A DNA stretch of 63,994 nt, filler included, from Basidioascus undulatus (GCA_000826855.1; 9 parts of 9 records of this genome joined end to end with filler, not necessarily neighbours in it), one strand, 5' to 3'; numbered from the whole stretch's first letter, positions 48,801 through 60,650 are shown. Made by a program: numbers and translations. The notes: generated by a model from the sequence alone, not told the origin.

Positions 48801-49386
48801 ATGCTATGAGAGGGGTCGTCAGCTGCCAAACATCACGGCGTATGTCGGCAGTGCCCACCTTCCATGCAGAACGCGCCGCTGCGAGCGAAACTGGAAGACT
48901 CAGAGTCAGATTCACTCCAGACGCAGAAACGTCTACGTCGGACACACAAATACACCGGTGTGTATCGTTTCCGCGCTGGTGAGGGGAAAGTCTTTAGTCT
49001 CGCGATGCCGATGTTGCGTAAATGGCTTACCAGACGCGTGCGTCTCCCCCAGGCCGTAGGTGAGGAAGGCGCCCATGACAATAAGTACGTTGAGCAGCAC
49101 CCATACGCCGACGAGAATCGTGCTGTAACCTGCCCTGACGATTCAACACACCATCGGCCCAACGCATAAGATGAACGTGCACACCTTCGTTAACCATCCA
49201 CAGCCTTAAGCGCCCCCGCAGTCCGAGCTCCTGACCTCGTCTCGTCGCCTCCCCTTCGGTCTGCAACAGTCGTGTCGACCCGGACGAGACCTCGCGGGCG
49301 AGCTTCGCGGGCGGGACATGAGAGGCCCGGCGACGAACATCAGGGGCGGGAAGGGGAAGCGCTATAGGATGCCAGTCGGTGGGCAT
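45817..49386 (-). CDS. noxB: NADPH oxidase, NoxB/Nox2 type, >25 small exons
   Basis: N-terminal extension ending LWMVNEG; FHKIVAW...LHSAGH and YSHHL...QIH (four haem His); [18 protein letters not shown] (FAD); [48 protein letters not shown]. Confidence 0.93.
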
Positions 49387-49886
49387 CGTGAGTCTGTAAA
49401 CTGGAATCTGCGAGCTTGAGGGTGATCGTTTGAGGGCAAGGAGCGTCGAGTCTAAGCGAGGGTTAAAGGGTGTGGTAACAGTGAGGCGTATGCGCAAGGA
49501 AGTTGGTGATGGTTATGGGTCAAGTTGGATCAAGGTACCAGAATTCCTGGGAAATCGGGCCGTGGCCTCGTGCCGGATAACAAAGGTACTCGATGGAATA
49601 GAGCGGCCCATTCAGGAGGCCCAGGCACGCTTCCGTCGACCGGCCCCTACCTCATATGGGACCTTTACACAGCTGCGATTGGGCATATTAATTATGTTCT
49701 CCACATTGCGTGCACAATTCTCGCGTGGACCCAGGCACGCCGGCCACGTTGATGTTGTTCAGAGTGTCTAGCGGGCCGCCATGTGTACGGACAAAGAGAA
49801 CTGCAAGGGGGACGGTGACAGCGAGAGCTCATTCAGTTGCGAGCTCGCCATCCCCGGTCAATTGTACTGATAGCGTCCAATAGAGG

Positions 49887-50007
49887 CCTCAAAATAAACA
49901 AACGACATATTGGTAGACCTCAAAATAAACAAACGACATATTGGTAGACCTCAAAATAAACAAACGACATATGGTAGACCTCAAAATAAACAAATGACTT
50001 ATTGGTA
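49887..50007. repeat. 31-bp tandem repeat, ~4 copies
   Basis: Unit CCTCAAAATAAACAAACGACATATTGGTAGA; copy 3 has a 1-nt deletion and copy 4 is diverged; no spacers. Confidence 0.93.
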
Positions 50008-50637
50008 CAGGGTCTTCCTTGCAGTTAATAAACCAAGATAAACTTTGACTACAGCTGCTTGCGCACGGTGTCACGCACGGACTGTAGGAACCAAGGTCAA
50101 CGTCAACGAGATCACTGCGAACACGCCCAACGACGCCGTTGGCTTTAGCTATTTTTTTTCTACACGATGAGAACCAACGGTTTGCCGCTCGTTTCGCGCA
50201 GGCCTGGCAGGTAATACGATAGCATAGCTTTGATATACCGCCTGCCACCCACTGTTGAAGCAAGTTGAAGTCACAGAAGAACGTGCGCAGGACTCATTCA
50301 GCCAGTCAATCCACGCACAGGTCGCGCCCGACAATAGGTGGACGCACTGGGGCATAGCATGTAGATGTAGCAATGGGCAACGCAGCAGCGCAGATGACGT
50401 GAGGGAGATGGGGGCATAGGCATGCAAATGAAGGTAATACAGTGGTGGTGGCAAGGCAGAGTGGGCAGGTAAACTATATCCAGAAAATGGTGGATGAGGA
50501 CCGCCCGGAGGGACATATGCAACAGTGATGGGATGGACGGGGGTAACCCAAAATGATGTGCAAAGAGATAAAATTACGATGGGCAAGCAGGAGAGGCAAA
50601 AGGACGAAAAGCAAGGCACTGTTGAAAGGGGGGGGTG

Positions 50638-50737
50638 NNNNNNNNNNNNNNNNNNNNNNNNNNNNNNNNNNNNNNNNNNNNTTAATTAATTAANNNNNNN
50701 NNNNNNNNNNNNNNNNNNNNNNNNNNNNNNNNNNNNN
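50638..50737. other. Artificial contig spacer
   Basis: N44-TTAATTAATTAA-N44. Confidence 0.98.
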
Positions 50738-50795
50738 CTCATCGTCACCCTTCTTCTCCCCCCCCTCTCCACCCTGTCCGCTGACCGCTCCCGCA

Positions 50796-50989
50796 GCTCC
50801 TTCTTTGAGCTCACCTGCTTCGCGCTCTCCCTCAACTGGACGAAGATGATCGCGACCGTGAACGTGGGGAGCGAGGCGTCTCGCGCAAAGATGGCGCGCT
50901 GGTTCGACCACTGGGCCGCGGAGCGTAAGCGCCGCGAGAAGGCCGGGCTCGTCGGGTGCGTTGAGGCGAGAGGCCAGGACTACTGGTGA
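50796..50989 (+). CDS. Last exon of an unknown gene
   Basis: After a ctgac...cag acceptor: SFFELTCFALSLNWTKMIATVNVGSEASRAKMARWFDHWAAERKRREKAGLVGCVEARGQDYW*. Confidence 0.5.
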
Positions 50990-51396
50990 TCCGCAAGAGA
51001 TGGAGAGAGAAGGGAGGACAGTTTCGATTTCCTGCGCATTGTTTGTTATGCCTTTCTTCTTCCGCCCGAGTACCCTACGCATCGCATACCGCATACCCGC
51101 ATTCTGTACCGTCATCGCTCGCATCCGCATACCCCTGTCATGATATTTTTGTCCCGTTTCTTCAGTCAGCCAAGCGCTCTGGACTGCCGGTTTGAGGGTG
51201 CGTGATGAGCCACTTGCAATTTGCGGGACGAGCATGTGAGCCGGCAAGAGCACAGCAGATGTGGTAGCACACGCGCAGCCGCTCTCGTCCATTGCAATTT
51301 GTCGTATCATAATTTGTCAAATCAACGTGTCCACTGTAATCTAGTCTGCTGTGCAATCCCTTGTCTTCCATCTCTCAACTCATGCCGCCGCGCCTC

Positions 51397-54091
51397 TCAG
51401 TGAGCAGCCTGCGCGGCCACAGACGCGTGGTCGACCTCGCCCTCCTTCTTGGCGAGGCGCTCGCCGACGGCCTCGTCGATCTGGGACCGCCACCGCCGCT
51501 GAATATCGATCGACTCGAGGTAGATCTTGTACTTGGCGTGGAGCAGCTTCCCGTCCGCCTCGGACCGCGCGGGCTTGATCAGCTCGCCGGGCTTGGTCAT
51601 CTCAACCTGTGCGATACCCACCAATGATCAGCTGCGGTCTTTGCTTGCGTGGCTTAAGAGAACACACCATGAGGTCCCACAACCGACGCTTGTTCTCCTC
51701 GCCGATCTTCTCCGCCGTCGCCTGGTCGTCGAGCGTCTTGCCCGCGAGCTTGTGCGTCAGCTCGGCAGCGTACCGCCCGAGGATGGCAGAGCCGGCGACG
51801 ACCGAGGCGGAGGGGGAATAGGGGAGGATGACAGGCACGTTGCACGTGTCGGCCAGGAGCTGCATCAACGCGCGGTTCTTCACCTGGCCGCCTGTTTTCC
51901 CATACGTACGTGGGGCGGTCAGTCATCGTGAGGCGGTAGGGGAGCGTTTACGGGGCGAGGAAGGACGTACCCGACATGTAGATCGAGTCGACCTTGTGGC
52001 CCTTCTCGTTCATCTGGTCGAGGATGTGCCGCGTCTGGAGCGCGATCGCCTCGAGCGTGACCTGGAACTTGCGCGCGAGGTCGCTGAGCGTCGCGTCGAG
52101 GCCGAGCCCCGTAATCATGCCCCTCATTCTCGAGTCGGCGAGCGGGGAGCGGTTGCCTGTGCGCACGTCCGGAGTTTGCCCAGTCAGTAATGAACTTGTG
52201 ATGTTTGGCGAATGGCAACAGGGGAGCAGGATAGGAAACAGAAATACGCACCGTGCAGATCCGGGTAGAAGTGCAAGTGCTTGACGAGCTGGTTGACCGA
52301 GTCGACGCCCTCCTCCTGGCGCAGCTCCTCGAGGATCTCGCCGAGGACGGTGAAGATGTTGGCGCCCTTCTCCTTTGCGCGCCGCTCGAGCTCCGGGTAC
52401 GCCGCGTGCGTCTTGATCATGAAGTCGATGAGCTGGCGAGGGAGAGGGAGGGTCAGCCGGGGAAGAGAAGGCGGGGCATGCATGACGGAGTGAGGGAATC
52501 GGAAGGGAAGAAATCGGATGGGTGGTAGGAAAAGGCGCCTTGAGACATAAACTTACTTGGCCCGTGGACGACTGTCCACCCTCGTTCATCCACCTGAGCA
52601 TTAAGAGCATTAGTTGCAAGCACACGACAGATTTGAAATGCAGTGCCAGCGTACCAGCCGGGGAAGACAGCGTTCTGGACATTGCAACACAATCCGTCAG
52701 CGCAAGTCTCGAGAGGCACAGGAGAGCACTAACGCACCTTGTACGGTCCCCACACACCAGGGACGAAGACGCCCTCGGGGCTCTGTTGACGAGATGGGAA
52801 AGGACTTGATTGAGCTGAGCTCTCGCAGCTTCAACGGTGGGACCCGGCGTACCTGGACGATATGGCAAGTGCTCGTGCCTGCAACGGCGCACAGGCGGTG
52901 CCCGCTTTCCTCGAGGTCCACCTGGTGCGTGCGCAACGGCTCGCCCTTCGGCGCGCTTCTCGCCGCGACGGTGCCCACCCATCCAGCATCTGTTGTGTTC
53001 AACCCGTCAGTCCTTCTTCCTCGCGTAGTCAGATAATGAGCCACTCACAAGCGTCGATAACCGCGCTCCCGACCGGCGTGCCCTCCACCAGCCCGAGCTC
53101 CTCCGCGGCCTGCTTCGTCAGGCCCTTGCCCACGGGCAGGCCCGCGGTGAGGACGACACCGTTCTTGCCCGGCGCGCCGCCGAGGGACGCAAAGTCCTCC
53201 TTGACGAGGTCGTCCAAGCCGATGCGCGAGAGGAAGGCGGGGTCCCAGCCCGTCGGGTCGGCCTCGGGGACGGAGGTGGTGATATACGAGCACTTGCTGC
53301 CGAGCGAGTTGTTGGAGCGGGCGAGGTTGCCGGTTGCACGGTAGGAGAGGAAGTCGGGCTGAGGGAAGCGTCGGCCGTGAGCAGGCGGCCTTGAGGATGT
53401 TCAAAGATGAAGCGACATACGAGATCAAAGAATTGGCAGCGCTTGAAGTCCTCGGGCTTCATGTGCTTCTTGAGCCAGAGGATCTTGGGAATCTCCATCT
53501 CCAGCTGTTCGTCTTCTTCTCTTAGCCAACGCCTCTACAAGCACCAGTCAAGCCCGCTAAACAGAAGAAAACGCACGCTCATCGTCCCTCCCACATACTT
53601 GAGCGGCTTCGCGCCCGTCGAGTTGATGAAGTTGGCCTCCTTCTCCGCGCGGTGGTCCGCCCACAGGATAATGTTGCGCTCGCCCTTCCCGCCGAGCGTG
53701 TCCTTCCCCTTGGTAGCGGAGACCGGCTCGCCCGACTTGTCTGTCACGGCGAGACTGCAGGTCGCGTCGAAGCCGAGGCCCTTGACATGCTCCTTGGGCA
53801 CGCCGGACTGGGCGAGGACGGCCTTGCACGCAGCGGCGATGCACCCCCACACGTCCGCCGTCGACTGCTCGAAGATGTTGGCGTCCTGCGGGTCGCGCCA
53901 GGTGCGCGTGTCGTGCGTCGACTCGGCCACCACCTCGCCAAACGGGGAAACGAGTGCCGCTCGCGCTGAGCCGGTGCCGCTAAAAAGAGTGAGGAAGGGA
54001 GAAGGGAAGGAAGGTCAGCAGAGGTGAAGGTGGAGTGAAGCACGGCTGCGTACACGTCTACGCCGATGTAGTAGTGATCGGGGGAGGTCAT
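51397..54091 (-). CDS. FGGY-family carbohydrate (pentulose/D-ribulose) kinase
   Basis: YYIGVDV|GTGSARA, FEQSTADVW, GLGFDATCSLAV, IILWADHRA, MEIPKILWLK, VGSAVIDA, AVAGTSTCHIVQ, NEGGQSSTGQ, YPDLHGNRSPLAD, EAIALQTRHILD. Confidence 0.93.
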
Positions 54092-54571
54092 TATGGTCGG
54101 TAGAATTCTCTGGGTATGGACGATGGTGTGTCTGGTGAGTGTAAAGGATGAAAAGCGGTCCAGGTTATTAGGCGAAGACCAGGAGGAGCGATAGAGGAAA
54201 GGCGATTTGTTGCGTCACCGGCCCGCGGGCAAGAGCGGGGAACCCGGGCCGATACAAGAGCCACCTTTTGCTTTTTTTTTTCCCCCAAAGAACCGGGGCT
54301 CAGAAGTGCTAGAGGACATAACTTAGGGTGTTTGTGATTATCATTTTGACCCAATTAATAAATAAATAAATATCTTGAGCGAGTAAGCGTTAGTGCGATA
54401 CTGAGCGTTGCTCCTGACAATTCTCCACATCACCACCGCCTCAAAATTCCTCGCTCTTTCTGGTCGTTCGGGGTCTGCTTCCCAAATCTCAAGGTCTAAG
54501 TTTTTGTAATGCTAGTTGACTGCTCAGGTGTAAAGGGTCGAGAGCCGCGAAGCAGCTGCGAGGGAGCGAGG

Positions 54572-54660
54572 TCTGTGGCTCCCGCCACCCGCCAACCTCG
54601 ACTGCCTGGCCTTTTACCAGGCTATCCTTCGGTAGGAAACCTGAAAAGGAGCCTTAAGTA
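54572..54660 (+). ncRNA. U5 snRNA-like sequence (variant or pseudogene)
   Basis: Invariant loop-1 nonamer GCCTTTTAC (54609-54617) closed by GCCTG/CAGGC; imperfect stem CCCGCCAA/TTCGGTAGG; basal stem GGCTCC (54577-82)/GGAGCC (54648-53); no canonical Sm site follows. Confidence 0.5.
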
Positions 54661-55077
54661 GGTGTAAGCATCAACTTTTACCCACACAATAAAATTAATA
54701 CAAACCTGACAAGACCTCAAACCGCCGATGGCCGTGCCTCTCGTTCCGCACTACTCTCTTCGACCCCATCCTTCATTTCGCTTCACCTGCCCATACAACT
54801 GCGCAATCTATGGAGCAGCCCAGTGGGGAAGCGCATGAGCACACCAGATATTTGTCAATGTGCGCTGTTGCTCGGCCTGCTTGCCGAGTCTACGAGACGC
54901 ACACGCAGCCAAAAGGAATCAAGCATTTCCCACGCTCCAATGACGCTGGGTCTTACAAGTTCGCCGACCGAATAGTCCGGTTGTTAGCCTGCCACGCCCA
55001 CAACCACCACCCTCCTTCGCTAGTCACACTTTTTTATTGCATTTATAGACCAGGATTCTACCCCGCACGACTCCCGA

Positions 55078-56219
55078 ATGTCTTCCACTACCACCGAGCA
55101 GGCCACCCAGGCGGCCGAGACTGTCCTCGAGCGCGCGGACGCACAGCTCGACCGCCTCCCGAGCATCGATTCCACCGAGACTACTGCACGCTGTGGGTTG
55201 TGGTCACCACTTCAACGCAGCGCAGCTTCCTGATGTACTGCCATCTCGGTAGATGCTGCGTACTTGCGGAACTTGAAGGCGGTCGGGCTGGCGGGCAGCA
55301 GGTATCTCGCTTACACGAGGTCCGTCCACCTTTGCCCTCGCTGAGTTTGGTTCTTTGAAGCTGAGGGCGCTGGGAGGACAGTGATGTTGGAGAAGCATTC
55401 GTACGTCTCCCTCTTATCTCGCACCTCGTTCCTCCCTCCGCATCTCATATCCTTCCTTTCCAGCGCCCCGTCGTAAACCCGAAAGTTGTCTCCACCGCCT
55501 ACGCCATCTCCTGGGCCTAGTCCGTCCCCTTTTCCCCATCCTCCCTCCTGCAGCACCCAGCATTCTCAATCATCCGCCTCGCACAGCATCCTCGGCGACG
55601 TAGCGTACGAGACGCACCGGGCGCACAATGCCGGCCCCTCCCCGCGGGAAGCAGGCAAGCTGAGCGAGCCGACGCGCCTCGGGCTGGTCGCGACTAAGCG
55701 CGCCGTCTTTCAGGCGACGGCGAGCATGCTCCTTCCTGTGCGTGCACCTGATTACCTGGGAGGCAGTGGTGAGAGGGATAGTCGCTGAGGTGGAGCTGCG
55801 GGGAAGGACAGATGTTCACCATCCACAGCACCGTCAAGTGCGTTCTCTGTTTTTACCTGGATCTGTTGCACCGTGCTGACTGATGACAAGTCATTAAACA
55901 TCAGATACTCCGCTTTAGCTATGAAAAAGATTAAAATTCGGAACCCGCGAGTGAAAGGCATGTCTTCTCGGGTTCTCCTCTTCCCCTATCCCTTCAATCC
56001 TTCTCACAGCTGACTTTTCCTCCTGCTCTTCTCCGCAACCAAACAGCCTGGACCCCCACCGTGGCCGGTCTAGCCGTCGTACCCTTCCTGCCCTACCTGT
56101 TCGACCACCCCGTTGAAAAGGCCGTGGACACCGCATTCGAGTGGATCGAGGACCGGCTGATCGAGCGCGCGGAGCAGAAGCGGAGGTGGGAGGCGGTGGG
56201 GGAGAAGAAGGAGCTGTGA
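55078..56219 (+). CDS. MTFP1: Mitochondrial fission process protein 1 (MTP18)
   Basis: SRYLAYTSDVGEAFRPVV, AYAISWAYILGDVAYE, KRAVFQATASMLLP, FTIHSTV, WTPTVAGLAVVPFLPYLFDHPVEKAVD. Confidence 0.92.
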
Positions 56220-57468
56220 GACAGATCAGGAGGCGGGCTGCGGTGAGATGAGAGAGAGAGGGAGAGGAAGGAGTGGTATACCGCTTGGATGGGGATACGT
56301 TATAGCTGGTGCTGGATGCGCTGGATGGTGGATCACTTGATAGAGGCACATGACGATGTGATTGTCAAAGGGAAAACTTGATTTTGCACTCTTATTGAAT
56401 TTGCGTTGGTGGAGGAGCCGGACGCGAGTTCAGGCATCACAGCCGTTGCCTTGCTTCGTTGCCGACAGGCCATTACACTTAATTCGAGAACGAGCCTACG
56501 CAATTCAACTCTTCGAACTACCCAATGTCTTTTGTTCTTCAGCCACCACGCGCAAAACCAGAGCACGCAAAAGCTTGTTCGAACTCCTCCACAATTTCCA
56601 CACGCGGCTGCAGAGCCCTGCATGCCGCGCTTTCGAGGTTCAAGGGATCAAAGAAGCTGCGGTGATAGTATTCCCACGAGCGCTTATACACTTCTATTCG
56701 GCGAACGTGCGGGTTTTGGGCGAGCGAGTAAAAAAGATGGCTATACTGAGATGCTTTAACAGGTAGGACCTTTGAAATACCGTCACCAACAGCAGGCAAT
56801 CCCTGCAGGTGGATAAAACCCAATGTGCTCAATGGCTTGTTTTCTGGAGCTGTCATGTGTTTCAAACAGGAGACAGAGTATCCCACCCTAAGGGAACGCA
56901 ATGCACATATATATATATATATTTGTATAAAAGACGTGAGGGCATTCCATCGGGTGTATGGTGATGCACAAGTGGTGAAGCTGCCAGGCTGCACTGGAGC
57001 AGCAGGCGACCCAGCTGAAGTGGACAGCGAGTCAGATTCAGGTTGCAGGGCATTCAAAGTGCATAAAACTTGTTCGAAAAATCTGTCCCCACTCAAGTGG
57101 AAGAAGCCAGAGCGATAATTAATCCCCAGTAGACTATCGACAGCAAAGCCGAGGGCCGCAATGACAAGCACGAGCGTCCCAACAGCGAGCGTGATCCATT
57201 GAATGAAACCAGCCACGCCCAGAGTACATCCATACCTCACCCTGACATGCGAGTCCGTAAGGGCCGGTCCGGGACCTGTGCGCACGCCAAATTGTGGCCC
57301 GCTCACCTCACTCGCTATCGGGCGAACATCTAACGCCCTGTCGACGTGCTTGTCCTCGGAGTCAGTCAGGGCGTGTCAGGACTTGAATGGGTAAGACAGA
57401 CCGCAGCGGGGACTACCAGCAGGGTTGGTGTCAAGATGCAAGATGGATGAAGAAAGGGCAAGGAGTAG

Positions 57469-57568
57469 NNNNNNNNNNNNNNNNNNNNNNNNNNNNNNNN
57501 NNNNNNNNNNNNTTAATTAATTAANNNNNNNNNNNNNNNNNNNNNNNNNNNNNNNNNNNNNNNNNNNN
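57469..57568. other. Artificial contig spacer
   Basis: N44-TTAATTAATTAA-N44. Confidence 0.98.
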
Positions 57569-57740
57569 GGCTGCCTCGCCTGGGAGGCGGGGAACGAGAC
57601 CATCGGCGCCCCCCGCCGCCCCCGCGCCCGTAGCCGCCCCGGGACCCGTAGCCGTCGTCGTCGCGGTCCGGGCAGCCGTCTCTCCGTAGTAATGGTGAGC
57701 GTGAGTATCGACGGGGAGGAGGGGAGCGTGAGCGAGGCAT
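57569..57740 (-). CDS. N-terminus of an RS/RGG-rich, probably RNA-binding protein, cut by contig end
   Basis: MPRSRSPPPRRYSRSP...GYGSRGGYGRGGGGGRRWSRSPPPRRG. Confidence 0.55.
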
Positions 57741-58748
57741 CGGCAAGGCGGAGGAGGTGATGGGAAGGAACAAGAGAGGAGGGGCGTCCATTCGAGGACC
57801 CGAGATTCGCTTTTTTATTTGGCGCTGGCGAGCACAGGCAGTCGCTTTCAAACAGCATTTTAAGAGCTTCGACGATTTCTCTGTTAACGTTGCCGAACAT
57901 ACAGTATACTGCTCGAAGAGGAACTACAGGGTGTAGCTGGCTCAGGAAGCCTTCAAGTCGTCGCAAAGTCATGCATAAAGTTCATCTTCTGACATTGTCT
58001 GTTGGAAGATCCTTAATTTACTCCTTTATAAATGGAGGCTCGTAGTCAAAGTTTTCGGAGAAGGGCCGGCGCGTCAGCTATCTATCCTAACAGGCTGCGA
58101 CATCTCGCCTGACTGCTAGCAGACTTGCAAGTCGCACCGCCACAGTGACGGTTAGTATGTGGGGACATTCTCATTTGAGTTTGTGAATATGCTCCTCTTA
58201 AACTGTTGATAAGTAACGCTGGTCCTTCTGGCAGCGCTGCCACTCACGACTGTGGGTGCGCATATCCTCTTCTCCGTTACGGCTTTCGGCACTGCGAAGG
58301 CGCTCAACACTAAAAGCGCATCTTTACCAATATGAAGTGTATGATATATCTCAGATACACGGTCAGAGAGTGTACAGTCCCCTAAGGCCGCCGACCGCTG
58401 TAGTTGACTTGTTCGGCGTGGGCGTCCTTCCTCTTGTGCGGCCGGTTGGGCGTCTGTGGAAGTTTCGATAAATAAGACTCTGCTGCCTGGAAGCATTCAA
58501 TTGTTCTGAATATGTAATTCACACCCCGGCAAGGCTTTTGGCTTCCAATGGAGGAGTGTGCCGTGCCAAGGTGTTGGAAGGCTGTCGCGATCGCTGAGCT
58601 CGAGCACGCTGTCTGGACTCGCAGACTGTACTGTGGAACATCTGCATACATTGTTTTTCCCGAACAGCGTCTCCAGCCAACCTTCTGACGTGCTTCTCAC
58701 ACCTGTTAGCATCAGTACGATGCGGCATAGTTGTTCCCCAGCTGCTCA

Positions 58749-58754
58749 TATAAA
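58749..58754 (+). promoter_or_regulatory. Putative TATA box of the TauD-family gene
   Basis: TATAAA ~75 bp upstream of ATG 58825, followed by a CT-rich leader. Confidence 0.4.
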
Positions 58755-58824
58755 GGGCAGAGTCGCCGTAGTATTTGTCCCTCCCAACATCAACGTACTT
58801 CACTCCGCCCCGAACCATGGTACC

Positions 58825-60650
58825 ATGGTCGCCTCCGTTGCCCAAGCTGTTCCTACCTCCTCCACCTAAGTCAAGGGGAAGTCGTCTCCTCTACGGACCA
58901 CAAAGCGCCGCTGAAGACACAGTCTCTGCTGGAGGTCTGCTGGACGCCTTCGAGAGCTTCGAAGTCACGCCTGTCATCGGGCGCGAGTACCCTTCGGTCA
59001 AGCCCAAAAGCCCGTTGAACGCAGACAATGCTGTGCCCATCCGGGATCTCGCCATCACGGATGTGTTCTGCTAGGACCTCTGGTGGCAGACGAGCCGCTG
59101 ATTCGATTAACCCACAGTCTCGGAGCGCGGCGTCGTCTTCTTCCGCAACCAGGACGACTTGACGCCTCAGCAGCAGAAGATTATCGCTCAGAAACTCGGC
59201 GAGCTATCTTGTTCTATTCATCTTAGAGTCTTCGAAAGCTCACTGCCGTTGTCATCAGGCGTGCTCTCGGGCAAGCCCTCGACCTCCAAGCTGCACATCC
59301 ACCCCGTGAACCACGGCGACCGCGACGGCAGGATCAACGACAACGGAGAGAAGGACAACGAGATTTCCGTCATCTCGTCCGAAATCCGAAAGACGGCTTA
59401 CAAGGTGATCTCTTATCCGACGATGTGGAGGAGAGCGCAGCTTACCCCATCTGCTCATACTTTTCGCAAAACATCGAATTGTTCCAGGAGAAGGTCGCAT
59501 CGCACGGGTGGCACTCGGAGTGAGCCTGGAGTTATCTACTTTGAAGGAGCAATGGCGTCGCTAACTGTTCCCCTCCTTCTCCAGTATTACGTTCGAGAAG
59601 ATCCCCAGCGACTGCGCTATCCTCACCTTGCGCGAGTTCCCGCGGCCGGGGGCGACACGCTCTGGCGTGCGTGACGTTGCATTCTTCCAGCTCATTTCCC
59701 CATTGTCTAACATTGACATTTCCAGCTCCGGCTACGAGCTCTATGACCGCATTGAGCCGTCCTACCGGGCCTACCGTGACACTCTTACCGCAACTTGTAC
59801 GTGTCCCCACTTCCTTCGTTCAACGAGACAACGGCCAACGCTGACCATTTTTTTGCACTTATACGCAGATGCTGAGCGCTGCTTCAACGCCGCCGCCAAG
59901 CGCAACAGGTTCTCCATCTACTCCGGCGAGCGCGGAGCGCCCGAGAATGGAGAGGAACTTGTCGCTGTGCACCCAATGTGCGTCTCCTTCTTTCCCCAAC
60001 CTTTGTGTGCTCTTCAAGTTTGACACGGTTCCATGCAGCATCCGTGAGAGGGCTGGAAGTCGGTGTACGCTATCGGGCACCATGGTGCGTTCCGTGCGTT
60101 CAAGTCCCGAGTAGGTTGCAGTCGGACTGACGAGGTTCGAGTGAAGTGTCGCACGTTAATGAGGTCACCAAGCTGCAGATCAAGAACATGTGCGTCAAAA
60201 ACATTCAGATAGATTTTGATTGGATGTGGAATGCTCACATGAATCGCACGGTGGATCGACAGCATCGAGTACTTCGAGTACCTTCTGGTCAACAACCATG
60301 ATCTCCAGGTTCGTTTCCGGTGGAACAAGCATGACCTCACGATGTCAGACCTTTCCGTCTTCTTCTCGCACTTCTCGCACGGTTGCTAAAGCTAACGACT
60401 TGCTCCCTTCCTGGGCCCTACCAACAGCTGGGACAACCGCAGCGTGTACCACAGTAAGTTTCTCTGTGATCTTCTCCCCGGACAATCAGCCGCCTGATCA
60501 TCTTTTCGTCCCTTACAGCCGCAACAAACGACTACAGAGATGAGCTCCGCACCGGAAACCGCGTCGTCTCCGTCGGCCAGAAGCCGTTCATCTCTACCGA
60601 GGGCGTCTCGCGGCGCAAGGCGCTGGCTGCAGCGGGCACGCAGTGAGATC
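58825..60650 (+). pseudogene. TauD/TfdA Fe(II)/2-oxoglutarate dioxygenase (JLP1-like sulfonate dioxygenase) pseudogene
   Basis: EVTPVIGREYP, RDLAITVSERGVVFFRNQDDLT, LHIHP, GWHS|DITFE, GGDTLW, GWKSVY, HDLQVRFRW, WDNRSVYH. Disrupted by TAA 58867-69, frameshifts, an intron donor reading ATGTGT at 59061, and missing 'VIRTNPVT'. Confidence 0.85.

Noticed and set aside
41241..49386. RhoGEF + esterase + NoxB as a ROS-signalling cluster
   Set aside because: Same contig, but the GEF is not recognisably Cdc24-like and there is no evidence of co-regulation; adjacency alone is weak.
49887..50007. 31-bp direct repeats as a CRISPR array
   Set aside because: Units are contiguous with no spacers, there are no cas genes and the context is eukaryotic.
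41241..50637. One contig is 9.4 kb among ~6.7-6.8 kb contigs, suggesting a foreign insertion
   Set aside because: Genes run continuously through it with no compositional break; later extension or merging during assembly is more likely.
56539..57306. 255-aa minus-strand ORF with a hydrophobic segment
   Set aside because: Possibly the 3' end of a membrane-protein gene cut by the spacer, but it reads through an (AT)n tract and no family could be assigned.
58814..58829. 16-bp perfect palindrome ACCATGGTACCATGGT over the TauD start codon
   Set aside because: Explained by a tandem 8-bp duplication of a palindromic word in a pseudogene; no sign of function.
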